A stretch of 64,000 nt of DNA from Bacillota bacterium (GTDB taxonomy: Bacteria; Bacillota; SHA-98; UBA4971). Of the stretch, positions 58,178 to 64,000 are shown piece by piece. The stretch lies in the NCBI GenBank assembly GCA_050261335.1, contig JBLNDE010000009.1, forward strand, positions 30,010-94,009, in the 5' to 3' direction. The number at the start of each line of letters is the position of its first letter. The first letter of the stretch is position 1. Under the pieces are notes generated by a model. The model was not told where the DNA came from. It saw only the letters and a program-made list of their open reading frames with translations, and made no database searches. A program made the translations under genes and the position numbers.

Positions 58178-59959
58178 ATGGGGGAGCGTCCACGGGTCCC
58201 TGGCGGTCAGAAGTCGCGACGCCCTGCGGAGTGGGACAAGCCGTGTCCTGGGGGACGTACACCCGACGCACGTGCTGAGAGGGGCGTTGCCTTCATCACC
58301 GTCCTCATCGCCGTCTCGTTCGTGTCCATCATTGTCATCGCATGCACAACCCTGGTCACCACAGCCGCGCGCACAGGTTCATGGTCCCTCGAGCGCACAA
58401 AGGCCCTCTACGCCGCGGAGGCCGGTATCAATCACTGGCTCTTCGAGGCGTCGATCGAGGAGAGCGGCGCTCCTCATCAGCACGGCCGAGGGCACGGCCA
58501 GGGCCAGCACAACGAAGGTGACGGATATGGCCATAGACATCGGCACGGTCAGGGTCAGGGTCAGGGTCAGGGTGGCGGGCACGGCACGTCTGAGATCGCA
58601 ACCATCGAGGTCAGCGGCGTGGTCAACGGTGTAGCATACATCGCGGGCGTCACTACGGGTGAGGGCGGCTCCAGCGGCACGTATCGCATCGTGTCTACCG
58701 CCGCGGCGCCTTCCCGTAGTACCGTAGTGTCACTGGAGGCAGGAACAGTGCCGGAGGCATGGCGGCATGTGGTGTACGCGTCAAGCACACCCGGGTCGCT
58801 CGACAGCCTCCTGCGCGGTCTTTTGAACTTGTTCGGAATTCCAGTGTATGACCTCTCAGGCACCACGCCGACAGTTGGCCAACTCTTCGGCCCAGTGTTG
58901 TTCCCGTGGGAAGGTAGAGACTCCTACGCCCCGAGTCTCGTCGACTCGGGCTGGGGAAGCTATCGTAGTACTGTCGCCCCTGAGATCGCCTACTGGAACC
59001 CGCCGTGTTTCGCGCAGGAAGTGACGGCAGACGTCCTCAACCCGGCAGGCGCTGGTCCCTTCTACTACAGAAACAGCGTTATAGGGACAATCGAGGGACC
59101 GGTCGACGGAGACCTGTACCTGGAAGACTGCGCGGTGGGGACTATCTCGGGACCGGTAAACGGTGGGATCTTCATCAGGAACACCAGGAAAAGCGCTGGA
59201 GTCGGGCGGATTGCCGGCGAGGTCAAAGGATCCATATGCATCGACTCGTCACAGAGAAGATTCGATAAGGAGGACATGTCATATCGTTCCACCCAGATCG
59301 GGGCTTCCGACTCCCGCTGCGTAGTAGGGGGTTCGGTCTATCTTAAAGGACGAGTCGAGACCCGGGGATTCCTGTGGTGGACATGGAAAACGAAGCCTGA
59401 CGTATTGGCGGTCTGCGGTCCAACAGCAACCGCAGGAGGCCCGACCGAGATCGCCGGGGGGGTGTTCGCAGAAGACGCGTCCATCTACGTCGGGGGAAAC
59501 GCGGAGATATCGCGCAGGCCAGGGACAGCGTTGCCAGCGGTTCTTTCAGACGGGTCGGTGGTATTGAACGGAGGCCCGGGCCCGATCCACCTGTCGGGGC
59601 CGGTATATTCCGCGGCTACGGTGTCCGGTTCCCTGAGCAACCTCGTTGCTTCGGCTCTGGTTGACGCCGGATTCCCCACAGGCTTCGCGGAACAGATAGG
59701 CGGCATAACCGTCGATGTGGCGAAATGGCTCGGATTCGATTTCGGTCTCATCGTGGCGGGCGATCCCGACGGAGGAAACTCCAACAGGGTCACGATTTCG
59801 GGGAACCTGGTGACTCCCGGGATGCCACTGCTGCTAGGCAGGCTTGCAGCCAACTACGATAGATCCCTTCTCGATCCCGCCAACCAGCCGCCCCACTTTA
59901 CGGGAGGCAGGCAGATCCTCGCGCCGATACGCGGCACCTGGGCTGTAGCTCGTAACTGA
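58178..59959 (+). CDS. Large PilX/GspK-like minor pilin with His/Gly/Gln-rich repeat tract and Gly-rich C-terminal region
   Basis: PilX_N-type hydrophobic N-terminus without Glu+5 (RGVAFITVLIAVSFV) followed by ALYAAEAGINHWL; GGGAGGGGGG RBS; ORF extends to 58151. Confidence 0.55.
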   Translation: MGERPRVPGGQKSRRPAEWDKPCPGGRTPDARAERGVAFITVLIAVSFVSIIVIACTTLVTTAARTGSWSLERTKALYAAEAGINHWLFEASIEESGAPHQHGRGHGQGQHNEGDGYGHRHRHGQGQGQGQGGGHGTSEIATIEVSGVVNGVAYIAGVTTGEGGSSGTYRIVSTAAAPSRSTVVSLEAGTVPEAWRHVVYASSTPGSLDSLLRGLLNLFGIPVYDLSGTTPTVGQLFGPVLFPWEGRDSYAPSLVDSGWGSYRSTVAPEIAYWNPPCFAQEVTADVLNPAGAGPFYYRNSVIGTIEGPVDGDLYLEDCAVGTISGPVNGGIFIRNTRKSAGVGRIAGEVKGSICIDSSQRRFDKEDMSYRSTQIGASDSRCVVGGSVYLKGRVETRGFLWWTWKTKPDVLAVCGPTATAGGPTEIAGGVFAEDASIYVGGNAEISRRPGTALPAVLSDGSVVLNGGPGPIHLSGPVYSAATVSGSLSNLVASALVDAGFPTGFAEQIGGITVDVAKWLGFDFGLIVAGDPDGGNSNRVTISGNLVTPGMPLLLGRLAANYDRSLLDPANQPPHFTGGRQILAPIRGTWAVARN

Positions 59960-59987
59960 CTTGCGAGAGGCAACGGGGGAATAGAGC

Positions 59988-60458
59988 TTGCTCAACCGCA
60001 GTTGTCTGGACAAGAGACAGGAGAGACGCGGGCCAGCACGGCACTTCTGTCGGCCAATCGGCAGCAGCAGGGGCTTCTCGCTCGTTGAGGTGCTCGTAGC
60101 GCTTCTTCTCGTAGCGATTCTTCTCGTGCCTGCCATGTCGAGCATTGCGTCTATGGTCACGACCGTAGCAAGAAGGAGCGCGGACGCACAGGCGCTTGAG
60201 CTTGCCCGCAGCACCCTTGAGGCAATCAAGGCCCTTGATGCTGGTTCCTTTTCGACGGATCCCGTCCCGCCGGTCACGGTGACCACGGCAGATGGGCGGA
60301 TGTCTTTCGACGTAGAGCGCGTGATGCGCGTGCGTGACGAGGATCCCAGTAACCCCGCCAGCAAGCTGTGGGAAGTGACCGTCTCTGTGTATGAACACCC
60401 GATGTCAGACGGCGCCACGCCGCTGTGTTCTCTGACGACGTTCGTGTGTCCACAATGA
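59988..60458 (+). CDS. Prepilin-type N-terminal cleavage/methylation domain protein (pseudopilin)
   Basis: G|FSLVEVLVALLLVAILL class-III signal motif; TTG start. Confidence 0.6.
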   Translation: MLNRSCLDKRQERRGPARHFCRPIGSSRGFSLVEVLVALLLVAILLVPAMSSIASMVTTVARRSADAQALELARSTLEAIKALDAGSFSTDPVPPVTVTTADGRMSFDVERVMRVRDEDPSNPASKLWEVTVSVYEHPMSDGATPLCSLTTFVCPQ

Positions 60459-60483
60459 CCTGCTGCGGAGGGACGCAAAGCCC

Positions 60484-61029
60484 GTGGAAACGCGCATGAA
60501 GCCATACCACCGAATGCCCGGCCAGAACGCTGGCTTCACACTGGTTGAAGTCCTCGTCGTCCTCGCGATAGTTCCTCTGGTACTCGCGATTACCTTCAGC
60601 GCCGTCTCCGTCGCTCTCCGAGGGTACAGGCTCGTTGAGGCGCGGTCCGCCCTGGCCTCCGGTGGGATGGTGGTAATAGAGACGCTCGGGCAGGATCTTC
60701 GAGGTGTGAGAGAGATCTACGACGACTCGTCTCAAACGCGCTTTCATGGACGCCAGCAAGATGGCGTCACGGATGTAGTCTACGAATTCGCGCCGCCGGG
60801 CGGGTCGGCGCCGGGCGCCCTCAGCCGGAACGGCGCGCAGCTCTTTGGGTCCGACACACACGTGACCTCATGCGAGTTCACCTATCTTGCGCCTGGCCCC
60901 GACCCGGAAGACCCCCTTCAAGAGGTGAACGATGTCAGAAGCGCGTCATCCATCAAGGTGCGCCTTGCGATAGAGCGCAAGTCCTCCTCCATGACCTTCG
61001 AATCGGTCTTCGATCTCAGAAACCTCTAA
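60484..61029 (+). CDS. Prepilin-type N-terminal cleavage/methylation domain protein (pseudopilin); start may be the ATG at 60514
   Basis: MPGQNAG|FTLVEVLVVLAIV motif. Confidence 0.6.
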   Translation: METRMKPYHRMPGQNAGFTLVEVLVVLAIVPLVLAITFSAVSVALRGYRLVEARSALASGGMVVIETLGQDLRGVREIYDDSSQTRFHGRQQDGVTDVVYEFAPPGGSAPGALSRNGAQLFGSDTHVTSCEFTYLAPGPDPEDPLQEVNDVRSASSIKVRLAIERKSSSMTFESVFDLRNL

Positions 61030-61060
61030 ACGTTAGAGAAATCTAATCGTGGTCTAACCG
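61030..61060 (+). promoter_or_regulatory. Conserved 31-bp motif, copy 1 (TTAGAG-N3-TCTAAT-N5-TCTAACCG)
   Basis: 22/31 identical to a second copy at 63881-63911; contains direct repeat TCTAAT/TCTAAC at 11-bp spacing and an inverted TTAGAG. Confidence 0.5.
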
Positions 61061-61166
61061 ACGCTTCACCTCCCCGGGCTAAACTCAGAATCGGCAGGAG
61101 GGGATGGCACCGCTGACGGGAGCCGTCCCGCCCGCCGGATTTGACCCGGAAGGAGGTGATACTCCA

Positions 61167-61508
61167 ATGTCACGCCATGCAAAGCTCCTCGCCGTGGTCT
61201 TCGCAATAAGCCTCGCGATTGCAACCTCCATCTACGCGTACGCGCAGTCCGCAGGCGGCGCAGACAACACGGTCGCAACTCCCCAAGAGACAACGCAGGT
61301 AACCGCCTGGGATGCGTCCGGCAGCGGCACCCAGGTTGGGGCCGATGACGAGGCTACCGGATCTCAGGAGACAGTCGAGTCCGAATCCGAGGCCGAGGTC
61401 GAGGCTGAAGAGTCGGAAGCTGCTGAGGCAGCAAATGACCCGGTGGAGGCGCCCGGGACTCCCGGCTATGAGGAAGGCAACTTCGACGGACAGCACGAGT
61501 TCAAGTAA
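61167..61508 (+). CDS. Secreted acidic low-complexity protein (Asp/Glu/Thr/Ser-rich)
   Basis: Signal peptide MSRHAKLLAVVFAISLAIATSIYAYA; AGGAGGTGA RBS; ORF extends to 61104. Confidence 0.55.
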   Translation: MSRHAKLLAVVFAISLAIATSIYAYAQSAGGADNTVATPQETTQVTAWDASGSGTQVGADDEATGSQETVESESEAEVEAEESEAAEAANDPVEAPGTPGYEEGNFDGQHEFK

Positions 61509-61692
61509 AGCCGACAGCGCATTGCGCCAAGACAACGAACGGGCAACCTAGCCCGGGTCGCGGCGGGTCTATTCTGGACAGGTTCGGGCGACGCGGTGCG
61601 GTGCTCCGGCGCCCCTTCGGGGCGCCCGGGGCACCTCGTCGTCTGAGTTGAGAGCCTGGAGTGCTGACACCCGGTTGCGACCCTCGCCAGAC

Positions 61693-61721
61693 TTGCATCG
61701 ACCTCCAAGTAGTGGGATAAT
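61693..61721 (+). promoter_or_regulatory. sigma-A promoter TTGCAT-17-TGGGATAAT upstream of the response regulator
   Basis: Read directly. Confidence 0.45.
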
Positions 61722-61761
61722 GGCTGAGGCCAGGGGTCTGGAGGAGGGGAGGGGATGAGGC

Positions 61762-62436
61762 TTGAGGATTCTCGTAGTCGAAGACGAGGACAAGATCGCG
61801 GCTTTCATCAAGAAGGGCCTGGAAGAGGAAGGGTACGCCGTGGACGCGGTGGGGGACGGCGAAACGGCCATCGACTATGCCCTGTCCGCTGACTACGACG
61901 TCATAGTCCTCGACGTCATGCTTCCCGGAAAGGACGGTTTCGCCGTGTGCCGCGAACTACGAATGCGCGGCCTTCGGGCGCCCATCCTCATGCTGACCGC
62001 GCGGGACGCCGTGGACGACCGCGTGAATGGTCTGGATGCAGGCGCCGACGATTACCTGGTCAAACCCTTCGCGTTCAGAGAGCTTGTGGCGCGGGTCCGC
62101 GCCCTCCTGAGACGCCCGCGGGACGTCGTCTCTTCGCGGCTTCAGGCGGGCGACCTCGTGCTGGACACGCGAACCCACGTGGCTGAGCGAGGTGGCCGCA
62201 AGATAGATCTCACCTCCCGCGAATACGCGCTGCTCGAGTTCCTGATGCGCAACAAGAACCAGGTCTTGACCCGCACGCAGATAGCCGAGCACGTCTGGGA
62301 CTACGACTTCCTCAGCGAGTCCAACATAGTGGACGTATACATCAGGTATCTTCGCGTCAAGATCGACGCGGACTTCGAGCCGAAGCTCATACAGACGGTG
62401 CGGGGCGCAGGTTACAGGATCTCGGATCAGGCGTAG
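61762..62436 (+). CDS. OmpR/PhoB-family response regulator
   Basis: REC (D-D-K) + winged-helix trans_reg_C; TTG start after GGAGGGGAGGGG. Confidence 0.85.
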   Translation: MRILVVEDEDKIAAFIKKGLEEEGYAVDAVGDGETAIDYALSADYDVIVLDVMLPGKDGFAVCRELRMRGLRAPILMLTARDAVDDRVNGLDAGADDYLVKPFAFRELVARVRALLRRPRDVVSSRLQAGDLVLDTRTHVAERGGRKIDLTSREYALLEFLMRNKNQVLTRTQIAEHVWDYDFLSESNIVDVYIRYLRVKIDADFEPKLIQTVRGAGYRISDQA

Positions 62437-62481
62437 GCACCCCGAGGCCACCGTGCCGGAAAGGGGTGGGAAGGCGCGAGG

Positions 62482-63876
62482 GTGGACGAGGAGGGACGGG
62501 AAAGGGTGTTCGAGAAGACGGTCCCGATACGAATACGTCTTACCGCGTGGTACATGGTCCTCGTGGCCATCACGCTGGCCGCGTTCGGGGGATTCGTCTA
62601 CCTCAACCTGGCTCGGAGCCTTTATGCCGAGGTGGACGGAGGTCTGCGCAGCCTCGCACAGGAGGCCGCCCGCGGGATCGACAATGAGGACGGCGCCCTG
62701 AGCTTCCAGAACGCCGATACCGCCCCCTCTGTCGCCGGCGGCGTCATCATGCGCCTTCTGGATGAGTCGGGTCACACGACAGACGGGATCGGAGACTACG
62801 CCGGGTTCCCGATGCCGAAACGCCTCCAGGCGGGGTTCTCGACCGCACGCATATCAGGCGAGCCATGGCGCGTATACACAGTGCTCATCAAGCTGCCGTC
62901 GGCGAGCGCAACCTGCGCCCTCCAGGTCGCGCGGCCACTTAGCGCGGTGGACGAAACCCTCGAGCGAGTGGCAGGCGTCCTCGCGCTGGGCATCCCCCTC
63001 GTGCTCCTTGTGGCGACACTGGGTGGCGTCTTCATCTCGGGACGGGCCCTCGGCCCCATCGATCGGGTAACGCGGCTTGCCCGGGACATCGGCGCAGAGG
63101 ACCTCTCCCGCAGGCTGAACCTTTCCCTTCCCGATGACGAGGTCGGACGGCTCGCAAGGACGTTCGACTGCATGCTGGCGCGCCTCCAGGCGGCGTTCGA
63201 GAGGGAGAGGCGGTTCACTCAGGACGCGGCCCATGAGCTTCGTACGCCGCTCACGATAATGAAGGGCACCGTTGACGTTGCGCTTTCACGGCCGAGGGAG
63301 GCTCCGGACTACAGGGCCGCACTCGCCGAAATCGAAACCCAGGCGAATCGCCTGATTCATCTCGCGGAGAGCCTTCTCGTGCTGGCCAGGGCGGAGTCCG
63401 CAAGGCCGGACCTCAACGTGGAATCTCTCGACCTCGCCGTTCTCATAAGCGGCATAGCGGAGCAGCTCCAGCCCCTCGCAGTGGCAAGAGGCGTCACCGT
63501 TCGCTACAGCGGACCCGGGACACTTTGGCTGCGCGGCGACCAGGATCGGCTCCTCCGCCTCTTCCTGAACCTCCTCGACAACGCGATCAAACACACGCCA
63601 GAGGGAGGGAACGTGGCCATAGAGGTGACGCGAGGCACCGGGGTGGTCGAAGTGGCCGTCAAGGACAGCGGCCCTGGCATCCCGCCAGAGCACCTTCCTC
63701 ACATCTTCGAACGCTTCTACCGCGTGGACAAAGCCCGCTCGCGCAGCGAGGGCGGCGTGGGCCTGGGGCTTGCCATCGCAAAGCACATCGCACAGCTTCA
63801 CGGCGGCGACATCCGCGTTGCGTCCACACCTGGTAAGGGCAGCGTCTTCACAGTGAGCCTCCCGACGGCAGCGTAG
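62482..63876 (+). CDS. Sensor histidine kinase
   Basis: Two TM, HAMP, H-box HELRTPLT, N/G1/G2 boxes. Confidence 0.85.
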   Translation: MDEEGRERVFEKTVPIRIRLTAWYMVLVAITLAAFGGFVYLNLARSLYAEVDGGLRSLAQEAARGIDNEDGALSFQNADTAPSVAGGVIMRLLDESGHTTDGIGDYAGFPMPKRLQAGFSTARISGEPWRVYTVLIKLPSASATCALQVARPLSAVDETLERVAGVLALGIPLVLLVATLGGVFISGRALGPIDRVTRLARDIGAEDLSRRLNLSLPDDEVGRLARTFDCMLARLQAAFERERRFTQDAAHELRTPLTIMKGTVDVALSRPREAPDYRAALAEIETQANRLIHLAESLLVLARAESARPDLNVESLDLAVLISGIAEQLQPLAVARGVTVRYSGPGTLWLRGDQDRLLRLFLNLLDNAIKHTPEGGNVAIEVTRGTGVVEVAVKDSGPGIPPEHLPHIFERFYRVDKARSRSEGGVGLGLAIAKHIAQLHGGDIRVASTPGKGSVFTVSLPTAA

Positions 63877-63880
63877 AGGC

Positions 63881-63911
63881 GGATTAGAGCTTTCTAATGC
63901 AGCTCTAACCG
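63881..63911 (+). promoter_or_regulatory. Conserved 31-bp motif, copy 2
   Basis: GGATTAGAGCTTTCTAATGCAGCTCTAACCG directly after the kinase stop. Confidence 0.5.
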
Positions 63912-64000
63912 CCCCTTCATCTGCACCTACGACACTTGACCTGATCCCGGTCACGTCCCGAGATACCAGTGTAGCCAGGCGCGCTGCAGACCACGGATGG

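Noticed and set aside
61606-61630. GC hairpin CCGGCGCCCC-ttcg-GGGGCGCC after the acidic protein gene as an intrinsic terminator
   Set aside because: Stable stem but no downstream U-tract and 100 nt from the stop. Not annotated as a terminator.
1-64000. CRISPR arrays, rRNA genes, integrases/transposases, prophage genes
   Set aside because: I scanned for regularly spaced direct repeats with unique spacers, rRNA-like conserved stretches, and tyrosine/serine recombinase or DDE motifs near the two tRNAs. None was found. The only dispersed repeats are the MITE-like family and short microsatellites.

Overview
This is a high-GC (~67%) window from a spore-forming Firmicute of the Clostridia type. It has sporulation genes (spoIVA, spoVK, spoVB, a cwlD-type amidase), nadK between tlyA and argR, and no folD between nusB and xseA. 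Most of the window is conserved housekeeping synteny: accB-accC-asp23 module-nusB-xseA-xseB-ispA-[~600 nt non-coding gene + membrane protein]-dxs-tlyA-nadK-argR-recN; miaB-mutS-mutL-miaA-hfq; spoVK-GTPase-dapF-dapL-ynbB-speH; M42 peptidase; folE; spoIVA-hbs; tRNA-Pro(GGG); acylphosphatase; patatin; tRNA-Leu(TAG); a livKHMGF BCAA ABC transporter with a truncated livK paralog; a two-component system.

The non-housekeeping content is as follows:
- A candidate OLE RNA plus OapA-like membrane protein sits in its canonical ispA/dxs position.
- A previously unnoticed family of ~210-bp MITE-like repeats with terminal inverted repeats occurs in at least 5 copies plus fragments. One copy supplies the C-terminal tail and stop codon of Dxs.
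- A MazF/PemK toxin with an HTH antitoxin is inserted between hfq and spoVK.
- An archaeal-PDH/HcnABC-like multi-subunit flavoprotein dehydrogenase is followed by polyferredoxin, a tungsten-type aldehyde:ferredoxin oxidoreductase, and a MoaD-like carrier.
- A single ORF appears to fuse an Amidase_3 (CwlD-like) domain to a CofE-like (F420 gamma-glutamyl ligase-like) domain.
- A truncated, G-domain-only HflX-like GTPase is operonic with a mini UbiA-like membrane protein.
- An orphan minor-pilin locus has a giant PilX-like protein with a His/Gly/Gln-rich tract, two prepilins, and an acidic secreted protein. It is flanked by an OmpR/HK pair and by two copies of a conserved 31-bp motif.

The genome also shows frequent in-frame Gly/Gln/His low-complexity expansions inside conserved proteins. 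No CRISPR arrays, rRNAs, integrases or transposases were seen. Where I derived coordinates myself rather than taking them from the ORF track, they may be off by 1-2 nt.
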